A stretch of DNA of 27,774 bases. Origin: an uncultured Candidatus Woesearchaeota archaeon (lineage in GTDB: Archaea; Nanobdellota; Nanobdellia; Woesearchaeales; B29-G15). This document shows, in pieces, positions 8,351 through 15,337 of the stretch; position 1 is the first letter of the stretch; every line of letters starts with the position of its first letter. The position numbers and the translations under genes are program-made. The stretch spans positions 1 through 27,774 of the forward strand of contig CAIWSB010000051.1 of assembly GCA_903915225.1 (NCBI GenBank). Direction: 5' to 3'. The notes under the pieces were generated by a model that saw nothing but the letters and a program-made list of their open reading frames with translations, made no database searches and was not told the origin of the DNA.

Positions 8351-8770
8351 ATGAATACAATTACAAAACCAAAAACTGAGAAAGCCTGGGTTCATGTCAA
8401 ACCCAATGAGGTCGAGAAACTGATTGTGAAGTTCGCCAAGCAGGGCAAGCAGCCCTCTGTTGTGGGCATGATAATGCGCGACCAGTACGGCATACCAGAT
8501 GTCAAGAAGCTCACTGGCAAGAGCATAACCAAGATTCTAGAGGAAGCCAATTTCAAGATGGCTATGCCAGAGGATCTAAGGGCACTGATGCAAAAGACGC
8601 TGGAATTGAGGAAGCACATAGAGTCTCATCCACACGACCCTGCGCCGCACAGAAGCCTCCTTCGGACTGAGTCCGAGATTAGGAAGCTTGAAAAGTGCTA
8701 CAAGGCCGCAAAGAAATTGCCGCCAGAATGGAAGTACGAGCCAGACAGGATTAAGCTCCTACTGCACTAG
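8351..8770 (+). CDS. rps15: 30S ribosomal protein S15 (archaeal S15P / eukaryotic S13e type)
   Basis: Matches the archaeal S15 layout: VEKLIVKFAKQGKQPSVVGMIMRDQYGIPDVKKLTGKSI, then RKHIESHPHD..HRSLLRTESEIRKL. A strong AGGAGG SD lies 6 nt upstream. It lacks the usual basic MARMH..KRGKSGS N-terminus. Confidence 0.9.
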   Translation: MNTITKPKTEKAWVHVKPNEVEKLIVKFAKQGKQPSVVGMIMRDQYGIPDVKKLTGKSITKILEEANFKMAMPEDLRALMQKTLELRKHIESHPHDPAPHRSLLRTESEIRKLEKCYKAAKKLPPEWKYEPDRIKLLLH

Positions 8771-9859
8771 ACCTTTTAGGTAGTCTGTCTTATAATGAAA
8801 GCCCTTAGCGCGAGCCAGCTTGGAAATTGCCTTATCAGAGCCGCTCCCATACTGAGCAGCACGTTTTGGTCTGGTGGCTATCCATTTCGGGAGCCCCAAA
8901 TCATGGGCAATATCACGGAGAACAAGTTTCGAAACCCCCTGATTAATTTTGTAATTTGGGGGAATCCTCAGGCTGAAATCAACCACGCGCCTGTCCAGGA
9001 AAGGTACCATTAGTTTCAGTGAGAAATGCTTGGATATTGCATAATCCCTAAAGGTATCTCTCCTGTAGAGGTTAAACATCCCAAGCCTGCATTCCATGTT
9101 GACATGCTCAGCTTTTCTGTGCCGCCTGTAGCCTGCAAAGCACTCCTCACTCCCCAAACCTGAGAACACATGCGAAACCCCATCCCTTTTGGCTGCACGT
9201 GCTGACAAAAACAATGGTATTGAAACGCCAACATTAACAACTGTTTTATCACCTGTTAAAGGAATTATTTCCTTAACAAGCGCCTCAACCTCCTTATGGG
9301 AAATGAGAATAACCTTCAACTTTAGCTTAAGTGCTCTGGCTGCCCGCTTGGCAAAAACCACGTCTTCAGGCAGCTTGCATCCCGGCCTGGTTATCCCAGC
9401 AGTGTAACACAGCACTCCCCTTCCAAGCTTTTTGAGTATCAACGCAATTACACTTGAATCAAGGCCACCTGAGAAAAACACACCCACACGCCCAGCACTT
9501 CGCTCATCAACAGCAGTAACTATCAGCTCCTTCAGCTGTTGCCTTATGTCAACGTAATCCAACCTGAGCCTTGGTGTGGTTGTGAATTGGTTTGGCAATT
9601 TCTTCCTGCTCACTCTTTTTCCATTAAAGGAGAGGATAGTGCGCGGGTTAAGCTCCAGGGGGCCAATAAACCTGTCAGAGTATGTGAGTTTTGGAGTTAA
9701 GGAATAATATAATGGCACAATACCTATAGGGTCCCTAAACAGCATGAGCCTTTTCCCGTCTCTATAGGCCGCTGCATATCCCCCGTTGAGCAATTTCAGC
9801 CCAGCTGGAGACTTCGGCAGCGACTCGTATTCAGAGGCTCCAAAAACAAGAGACTTCAT
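8759..9859 (-). CDS. Asparagine synthetase B-like ATP pyrophosphatase with a vestigial glutaminase domain
   Basis: PP-loop VGVFFSGGLDSSVIA and the AsnB N-domain remnant FRDPIGIVPLYY are present. There is no N-terminal Cys nucleophile (the protein starts MKSLVF), and the N-domain is only about 100 aa. Confidence 0.7.
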   Translation of the reverse strand: MKSLVFGASEYESLPKSPAGLKLLNGGYAAAYRDGKRLMLFRDPIGIVPLYYSLTPKLTYSDRFIGPLELNPRTILSFNGKRVSRKKLPNQFTTTPRLRLDYVDIRQQLKELIVTAVDERSAGRVGVFFSGGLDSSVIALILKKLGRGVLCYTAGITRPGCKLPEDVVFAKRAARALKLKLKVILISHKEVEALVKEIIPLTGDKTVVNVGVSIPLFLSARAAKRDGVSHVFSGLGSEECFAGYRRHRKAEHVNMECRLGMFNLYRRDTFRDYAISKHFSLKLMVPFLDRRVVDFSLRIPPNYKINQGVSKLVLRDIAHDLGLPKWIATRPKRAAQYGSGSDKAISKLARAKGFHYKTDYLKGLVQ

Positions 9860-9881
9860 TTAAGTGGGGATTGTGCAAATC

Positions 9882-9889
9882 TTTAAATA
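9882..9889. promoter_or_regulatory. Shared near-palindromic TATA box (TTTAAATA) for two divergent, apparently leaderless genes
   Basis: The box centre (9885.5) is 26.5 nt from the minus-strand ATG at 9859 and 27.5 nt from the plus-strand ATG at 9913. Confidence 0.5.
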
Positions 9890-9912
9890 GTTTTGTTAAA
9901 TTAATTGCTTGC

Positions 9913-10299
9913 ATGACAATTGAAATTCTTCTAGGATGTCTCGTGTCCTACTTGGCTGCGCAGATAATAAAGAATATAATTGATTTTGCTCAGGGAAAAT
10001 GGCAGCCAAAGAGCATTCTGTCACCTGGGGGCATGCCAAGCTCGCACGTTGCCACATGTGCCGCACTCTCAACAGGGCTCTTTCTGAGTGAGGGCATTTC
10101 CTCAAGCTTCACGGTCAGCGTTATCCTCATGGCAATAGTCACAGCAGATGCAATAGGCGTGCGCTATAGGGTGGGAATAATGGCAGCGTCAATTAACAAA
10201 TTTCACAACACAAGGCATGAAACCCGAGTTGGCCATACCCCTAACCAGGTTGCAGCGGGATTTATTCTTGGGGTAATTGTTGCGATTCTATTGGCCTAA
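9913..10299 (+). CDS. Divergent PAP2 / DUF212-family membrane protein
   Basis: GGMPSSHVA and DAIGVRYRVG motifs characteristic of the family, plus hydrophobic helices. Start moved from the track TTG (9871) to the ATG at 9913, based on TATA spacing. Confidence 0.75.
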   Translation: MTIEILLGCLVSYLAAQIIKNIIDFAQGKWQPKSILSPGGMPSSHVATCAALSTGLFLSEGISSSFTVSVILMAIVTADAIGVRYRVGIMAASINKFHNTRHETRVGHTPNQVAAGFILGVIVAILLA

Positions 10300-10739
10300 A
10301 AAGCCATTTGCCAGACCACACAGAGCGCAAGTGTTGTGGCCAGCAAAACCCCACCGGATAGAAGAATTCCCTTGAGTTTCTTTTGATAAGATAGTAGTCC
10401 GTAAAAAACCAAGTAAAGGAACAGAAACATGGAAGCATAGTTAAAAAGGGCACCGTAAAAAGTCGATGTAAACAGCAGGGTTGCAAATGACATGAAAAGC
10501 AGCACGCTATCAATGAAATAAAAGAATATCATTGACACAATGATGATGGCTGAGAAGTAAACCTCTGTTCCTCTAAGGATCAGAGCCATCGCCAATATCA
10601 GAAGGAGAAGCCTCTGAACCATGACAAGGTAGCCTTTACCTTGGTCAAGTTCTTCCCTTGTATAGAAAGAAATAATAAACCCAATAAGTGGAGCTACAGC
10701 CATTACCAAAGAAACTAACAGCAGGCGCGCGAACTCCAT
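10296..10739 (-). CDS. Hypothetical integral membrane protein (about 4-5 TM helices)
   Basis: Almost entirely hydrophobic helices. A TATA-like GTTTTTATAG lies about 30 nt upstream. No recognisable motif. Confidence 0.6.
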   Translation of the reverse strand: MEFARLLLVSLVMAVAPLIGFIISFYTREELDQGKGYLVMVQRLLLLILAMALILRGTEVYFSAIIIVSMIFFYFIDSVLLFMSFATLLFTSTFYGALFNYASMFLFLYLVFYGLLSYQKKLKGILLSGGVLLATTLALCVVWQMAF

Positions 10740-10802
10740 TTTATAACCATTTCAGAGGATTGACTATAAAAACTTTTTTATTACTTCCCCCGTAAGAAAA
10801 CC

Positions 10803-11939
10803 CTATTTGGGGATCCCTAACAAATTCTCCACATAGCCCACAATGCGGGGCTTGTCAGCAGGTATAAACCAGATTGTGCCTGCAACCTCATGGCCGCCAC
10901 CGTTAATCTGGGAATCTGGGAAAGCCAGCCTGAGCTCCTCAACCAGCTTATTGATGGTCAAGGGTAACCTTCCACGGATTATGAGCAAGCTGCCTCCAAC
11001 ACCTAGGACAATTGGCTCTTTGTCCTTCAAATCTTCATAAAGAAGGCCAACTGAGCGTCCGGCAGCAGGAAAGCCATTGTTGTCCATGAATCCATTTATC
11101 TCCAGTCGGGCCACGCAACGCCCTTTTGCCTCTGTTATATTTGCAAGCCTCCTGACTGCAGCAAGCCTCTGCTCAACAAGCCGATGTGCTATGGGGAAAA
11201 TCAATCCAATCATCCTTTCCTGCTTGTCTTTTGTGCCGAGCAGCAGCTCCCTTAGCACAGTTGTGGGCTCACGCCTAAACGAAGCGAGATAATCCAACGA
11301 CAAGTAAAGCTTGTGTAATGTATCTTTTGTGTATCCGTGCTTTTCAGCCACGCTTAGGTATGCCTCAAAATCAGAACCTTTGACTTTATCACCCACACCT
11401 GAAAGTGCAGGGAGATGCTCAACGTTGAGTATTGGATAAATCATCCTGGCAAGCTCAACACCCAGCATGCCTGCTGTGAAATCACCATTGCCACCAACCA
11501 AATAAGGGTTTATGTAAACTGTCCTTGTGCCTTCCTGGCTGGCCGGGTGGTGGTCAACTACTATTGATGGCACGCCGTAGATATTCAGCAGGTCTAACCC
11601 TGGCACATCGCCCTCTGTGCTGCCATCATCAATAAGCAAGATTATTCCTTTCTTTCCGTAATATCTTGGGCTTCTCTGTCCTCTAATGTCCGAAGCAGCC
11701 TCTCCTATTGAATAATTTGGTGCGCGGAGGCTTATCCTGTTCACAGATCTCCCACGGGAGAGCTGGATAAGGGCTTCCTCCATTGCCAATCCACCACAGT
11801 AACCATCGCAGTCCCCATGGTTCCTGATTGTGATTGGTGACTCTGTTGTGGCAGCCTGCTTCAGAAGTTCTGCAGCCTCAGTTAGCACTGGTTTTAATTT
11901 CTGGAAAATCTGCGTGTTGACAATTGGTGTGGTTATCAT
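10803..11939 (-). CDS. DHH-family phosphoesterase (RecJ/NrnA-like)
   Basis: Motifs in order: HGDCDGY (DxD), LLIDDGS, VVDHHP (DHH), GGGHEVAG (DHHA1 GGGH). The start overlaps the upstream stop (ATGA). Confidence 0.8.
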   Translation of the reverse strand: MITTPIVNTQIFQKLKPVLTEAAELLKQAATTESPITIRNHGDCDGYCGGLAMEEALIQLSRGRSVNRISLRAPNYSIGEAASDIRGQRSPRYYGKKGIILLIDDGSTEGDVPGLDLLNIYGVPSIVVDHHPASQEGTRTVYINPYLVGGNGDFTAGMLGVELARMIYPILNVEHLPALSGVGDKVKGSDFEAYLSVAEKHGYTKDTLHKLYLSLDYLASFRREPTTVLRELLLGTKDKQERMIGLIFPIAHRLVEQRLAAVRRLANITEAKGRCVARLEINGFMDNNGFPAAGRSVGLLYEDLKDKEPIVLGVGGSLLIIRGRLPLTINKLVEELRLAFPDSQINGGGHEVAGTIWFIPADKPRIVGYVENLLGIPK

Positions 11940-12184
11940 TTTTGTGAGTGCCCAAAATGGATTAGAAGTTTTACCCCTAGCTGCTCAAGCCCGTGGGGGA
12001 TGTCGCAGGCCCCGTAGCAGGAGCCCCCCCAGATAATCACCCGGGCTTTTGTGGCTTTTTCCAGGTGGTCAACAATTTCTCCGGCTCGGGGCTTTAAGCC
12101 GTCAGGGAGCTGGATTGCAACTGTTTTGGCCTTGTTCTTCTGGATTAGCTTCACAGCCCTATCCAATTCCAAATCATAATCCAT
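11936..12184 (-). pseudogene. dph2: Truncated dph2 (diphthamide synthesis radical-SAM enzyme), N-terminal 82 aa only
   Basis: LELDRAVKLI..AKTVAIQLPDGLK..YGACDI..LLIHFGHS is collinear with the first ~80 aa of archaeal Dph2 (about 330-340 aa). The ORF stops right after GHS, so two of the three Fe-S cysteines are missing. Its own TATA box (12206-12213) lies about 26 nt upstream. Confidence 0.6.
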
Positions 12185-12214
12185 ACCATAAAAAAACCGG
12201 TCAAGTATAAAAAT

Positions 12215-12502
12215 TTAGTGGGATTTATTATGGAGCGGCATCCTTCTGTGGCTCCCGCATTCCTTGCAGTAATACACAAGTTTGCCGCCATGGAGCCTCA
12301 CAGACAGGTTTTCTCCGGGCTTTAGATATGCTGAGCACTTACCGCAAAATCGCCTGTTTAATTCAGGCGGCAGCCTTGTCCTTGTTCGCATGGCCAGTTT
12401 TCTGGCGAGTATGACATAGCGCTTGCTAAGCCCGTCCTTGGTTATCTTGGCCTGATCCAATAGGTATTCAGCACGTTTAAGCACAGATTCGCTCATATTC
12501 AT
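12215..12502 (-). CDS. rnp4: RNase P protein component 4 (Rpp21/Rnp4)
   Basis: Rpp21 layout: helical N-terminus (AEYLLDQAKI...YVILARKLAMRTRTRLP) followed by a zinc ribbon, CGKCSAYL...CKECG. The track's N-terminal extension to 12619 overlaps the pilin gene and was trimmed. ATGs occur at 12502 and 12496. Confidence 0.85.
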   Translation of the reverse strand: MNMSESVLKRAEYLLDQAKITKDGLSKRYVILARKLAMRTRTRLPPELNRRFCGKCSAYLKPGENLSVRLHGGKLVYYCKECGSHRRMPLHNKSH

Positions 12503-12504
12503 CC

Positions 12505-12528
12505 AAAAACAGCCCCAGAATAAAAACT
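12505..12528 (-). terminator. Oligo-T tracts after the last mini-pilin gene
   Basis: The minus strand reads TAA-AGTTTTTATTCTGGGGCTGTTTTTGG, giving two T5 runs directly after the stop. Oligo-T is the usual archaeal termination signal. The first run may also serve as a TATA-like box for rnp4. Confidence 0.4.
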
Positions 12529-12768
12529 TTAGGTTATTGGGATACAGCAGACCTTGCTTTCCTTGCTGCATGATGTGCTGCCCATGGTTGCCTCGTTCGC
12601 AGCGCAGATTGGCTTGCATTCCCCACTGCGCGCCTGGCAGTCAGACACGCTTGAGGAGAAGATTCCAATGTTGCCTGAGAAAACCAAAACAAGAACAACA
12701 AGAACAATTACAACCAGGGCTGCAATCACTATGGTTTCAAGAGTCAAGCCCTGCCCACGCGAGTCCAT
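12529..12768 (-). CDS. Mini-pilin 1: class III signal peptide plus a six-cysteine C-terminal domain (79 aa)
   Basis: MDSRG|QGLTLETIVIAALVVIVLVVLVLVF followed by C-x6-C-x3-C-x11-C-x6-CC. Paralogous to the two upstream genes. Confidence 0.85.
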   Translation of the reverse strand: MDSRGQGLTLETIVIAALVVIVLVVLVLVFSGNIGIFSSSVSDCQARSGECKPICAANEATMGSTSCSKESKVCCIPIT

Positions 12769-12775
12769 ACTGGGC

Positions 12776-13045
12776 TTATTTCGTGGTGGTTGTTACTGGC
12801 TCTGGGGCGCTTATGCAGCAGACGGTTTTACCTGTTTCAGTACAGCCGGTAGCTAGGGTGAGTTTTATCTGTCCAGTACCGCAAGCATCCAAACACTGTC
12901 CTCCCCTTTCTGTGCACCCGCTCGCTGACTTTGAGAACGGCCCAAGGTTGCCTGTAAAGATTAATATTAGGACAACCAGGACTATAACGACAAGCGCTGC
13001 GATAACAATTGTGTCCAGCGTCAAACCCTGACCTTTGTTTTTCAT
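12776..13045 (-). CDS. Mini-pilin 2: class III signal peptide plus a six-cysteine C-terminal domain (89 aa)
   Basis: MKNKG|QGLTLDTIVIAALVVIVLVVLILIF followed by C-x6-C-x3-C-x12-C-x7-CC. A GAGGTGAT SD lies 7 nt upstream. Confidence 0.85.
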   Translation of the reverse strand: MKNKGQGLTLDTIVIAALVVIVLVVLILIFTGNLGPFSKSASGCTERGGQCLDACGTGQIKLTLATGCTETGKTVCCISAPEPVTTTTK

Positions 13046-13056
13046 AATTTATCACC

Positions 13057-13311
13057 TCAAGTTGTAGTGGGCGCAGTAAAGCAGCAGATGTTCGTGCCAT
13101 CGCACTTTGCCTCTGCTGCACTAAGCCCAATCTCTTTTGCAGGATCACAAGAAGCCTTGCAGACTCCTCCCCTTTCACCGCAAGCCCTCGCAGTTGCAGA
13201 GAAAGGCCCCATGTTGCCTGTGAAGATGAGTATAAGAACAACAAGAACAATTATGACCAGCGCAGCAATAACTATCGTGCTTATGGTCAAACCCTGGCCT
13301 CTTTTACTCAT
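13057..13311 (-). CDS. Mini-pilin 3: class III signal peptide plus a six-cysteine C-terminal domain (84 aa)
   Basis: MSKRG|QGLTISTIVIAALVIIVLVVLILIF followed by C-x6-C-x3-C-x14-C-x5-CC. The ATG at 13311 lies about 27 nt downstream of a TATA box, so the transcript is probably leaderless. The track start (TTG at 13329) falls inside the promoter. Confidence 0.85.
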   Translation of the reverse strand: MSKRGQGLTISTIVIAALVIIVLVVLILIFTGNMGPFSATARACGERGGVCKASCDPAKEIGLSAAEAKCDGTNICCFTAPTTT

Positions 13312-13331
13312 AGAGGGCAAAGGGAGCAAAG

Positions 13332-13348
13332 TAGTATATAAAATTTTC
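13332..13348 (-). promoter_or_regulatory. BRE/TATA promoter element (minus strand GAAAATTTTATATACTA), copy 1
   Basis: The TATA core TTTATATA is centred 27.5 nt upstream of the mini-pilin 3 ATG. An identical 17-mer recurs at 26379-26395. Confidence 0.6.
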
Positions 13349-13354
13349 GTATCC

Positions 13355-13849
13355 TCAGCTGCAGATTTCCAGCCGGACCTCGAGAGTCCTGCCTGTGAAG
13401 GGCGAGGGTAAGCTGTAAATCCCAGGCTTTACGCGGTTCGCGCACGTTAAGTCAGCAGCTGGAATCTTCCACATAACATCTGTTTGAACCCTGAAACTGA
13501 ACTGATAATCGTACTGCATTACCCCCAGTGTGTTGTCCAGGGCCAGCTGCACCACTCGCTTCGCCTCATCGCAGGGGCTGCTGCCCCCAGGGCATTTCAG
13601 CGAGCCGCCTGCAAGCCCTGGGCTTTCGCATGCCGCAAGAATGTCCCAAAGGTCCTGCCCGCTGCACTCAGTTGTAACCTTGAGGATGGCATCGATAAAG
13701 TTTGAAGCCATCTGGGTCCTCTCGTACTCAGCCTTTATGTTTATCTCATTTGCACTCGGCCGGGAGATTGAGATGTAGATAAAGAACCCGACCATTATCA
13801 AAAGCACTACAAAAACCAGGCCAAATATCTCCATCTGGCTGCGCCTCAT
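13355..13849 (-). CDS. Pilin-like protein with class III signal peptide (164 aa)
   Basis: MRRS|QMEIFGLVFVVLLIMVGFFIY followed by a soluble domain with 6 Cys. The start overlaps the upstream stop (ATGA), and a GGTGGTGA SD is present. Confidence 0.75.
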   Translation of the reverse strand: MRRSQMEIFGLVFVVLLIMVGFFIYISISRPSANEINIKAEYERTQMASNFIDAILKVTTECSGQDLWDILAACESPGLAGGSLKCPGGSSPCDEAKRVVQLALDNTLGVMQYDYQFSFRVQTDVMWKIPAADLTCANRVKPGIYSLPSPFTGRTLEVRLEICS

Positions 13850-14328
13850 CCCTGCATCACCACCACCTTGAGCACCCCAAGGTATATCTTGCTGCCATCC
13901 TGGAGGCTCACTGGCACAAAGAAACTGTTGGTTTGCGTCGACTTATCGGGCGAGAGTGAATATAGAGTCCAGGAAAGGCTAGGTGATGGGTAGATTCTTG
14001 TTACAGTAATATTCGAGTAACCAAACTGCTTAAAGTAATAGTCAGAGAAATAATGGCTCCCGCGCAGCCTGAGTGATTCAAATGCAATTACCTTCTGAAG
14101 GTCAAAGCAAGTATTCCGCATGTATTCCCCAGAGGTGCAAACAAACTCGGGTGCGTTCAGGGCTATGAGGGTTGTCTCAATGGCTCCCAGAGACTGAAAT
14201 TCTCCCACTTTTTGGTCAATATTCCTCTTTGATTCAACATAGTAGAATATAAGCCCAATGCCCACAAACACGATGAATATGAGCACAACAAAAATGGTTT
14301 CAAACATCTGGATTTGGGCCTTTCTCAT
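13846..14328 (-). CDS. Pilin-like protein with class III signal peptide (160 aa)
   Basis: MRKA|QIQMFETIFVVLIFIVFVGIGLIFYY. The ATG follows the upstream stop directly (TAAATG), and an AGGTG SD is present. Confidence 0.75.
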   Translation of the reverse strand: MRKAQIQMFETIFVVLIFIVFVGIGLIFYYVESKRNIDQKVGEFQSLGAIETTLIALNAPEFVCTSGEYMRNTCFDLQKVIAFESLRLRGSHYFSDYYFKQFGYSNITVTRIYPSPSLSWTLYSLSPDKSTQTNSFFVPVSLQDGSKIYLGVLKVVVMQG

Positions 14329-15333
14329 TTAGTACACCTGCGGCACAGACTCGTAGACGAGTATCTTGTTGGCCTCATTTAACCTCCTGATGAAGCCAAC
14401 AATCTGGGAGATTGCCAGGGAATGTGAGGCAGCCAGGGTGTTCATCTGCTGAATCTCCCCTTCAACATTTGTGTATAGGTTTGAGTATTTGGGGTTGGAT
14501 TGATAGCTATCCTTCAGCAGCTTCACTTTTTCCAACAGCACACCTGAGACCACCTCAACTGCAGTCATTGAGCTGTTGAAAACGCAGGAATAAATGTTAT
14601 AGTCTCCTGACACTAACGCACCCATGAGCTGCTCCTTTTTCAGCCAATTCCCATCGCCCACCTGCTCCCAGGCAACCCCGTTTTGCTTGTAGAACTTTAC
14701 GCTGCCGGAGATGTTGTCAGCATTCAAGGTTACCTCAACTGCCTTGAGCCTTTTCCCGCTGAAGCCAGGATTGGCCAAGGGCAGGTTTAGAAAAACAAAG
14801 ACGGTGTAATAATTATTCTCGTCAGGAACAGCCGCAGCGTCACTTGCGTATTGCACATTGACCTTTGCTGGCAAAAACTTCTTCAGGGTATTCATAAGGC
14901 TCTGGGACGGCCCGCTGTTGTCGTAAATCACGTTATACTTGGCTTCAGGCGTGGTTGCGAAAATAAAATTGCCAGCATAGAACGGCACAAACCAGGAGTA
15001 GGTCCAAACCTGCAGCCCTGTGCCCTTAAGCTCGGGGGGCGCGAAAAGCAGGTTTGTGGCGAGCCCTGGCCCCGAGACACCGCTTGACTTAAACTGGCTG
15101 CAGTCATACTTGAGGTCAAGGTTAGGGATTTCCATGAACTTGGATTCGCCCTCAACAACCCCTGTTGCTGTAATCCTGGTCTTGAGGTTTCCCAGTGAAG
15201 ACAGGGTTGAGGTCTTGCCTGAGATTTTTATCCACCCCAGGGAGAAGCCCACCACCAGTGACAGGATGAGAACACCCGCCACAAGAATAAATATCCAATT
15301 GAATTGTAGCTCAATTGCTCCCCGGCGTCCCAT
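14329..15333 (-). CDS. Pilin-like protein with class III signal peptide (334 aa)
   Basis: MGRRG|AIELQFNWIFILVAGVLILSLVVG. A GGGGTGA SD overlaps the upstream stop, 4 nt from the ATG. Confidence 0.7.
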   Translation of the reverse strand: MGRRGAIELQFNWIFILVAGVLILSLVVGFSLGWIKISGKTSTLSSLGNLKTRITATGVVEGESKFMEIPNLDLKYDCSQFKSSGVSGPGLATNLLFAPPELKGTGLQVWTYSWFVPFYAGNFIFATTPEAKYNVIYDNSGPSQSLMNTLKKFLPAKVNVQYASDAAAVPDENNYYTVFVFLNLPLANPGFSGKRLKAVEVTLNADNISGSVKFYKQNGVAWEQVGDGNWLKKEQLMGALVSGDYNIYSCVFNSSMTAVEVVSGVLLEKVKLLKDSYQSNPKYSNLYTNVEGEIQQMNTLAASHSLAISQIVGFIRRLNEANKILVYESVPQVY

Positions 15334-15337
15334 TAAT

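Noticed and set aside
8186-8395. 69-aa minus-strand ORF spanning the rps15 promoter, leader and start
   Set aside because: It overlaps the TATA box, the SD and the first codons of rps15. It has no motif and no translation signals. The region is better explained as a divergent promoter and leader.
12503-12619. N-terminal extension of the rnp4 ORF (track start at 12619)
   Set aside because: The extension overlaps the 3' end of mini-pilin 1 and its oligo-T tracts, and it has no similarity to Rpp21. Homology begins at MNMSESVLKRAEYLL.
12537-13411. Plus-strand ORFs of 100-164 aa (12537-13031, 12554-12856, 13067-13411) antisense to the mini-pilin genes
   Set aside because: They mirror the hydrophobic and Cys-rich minus-strand genes. 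Their sequences are low-complexity Arg/Thr/Gln-rich (TRTTRTITT...), and they have no promoter or SD support. The minus-strand genes have strong paralogy, signal-peptide logic and SD/TATA signals.
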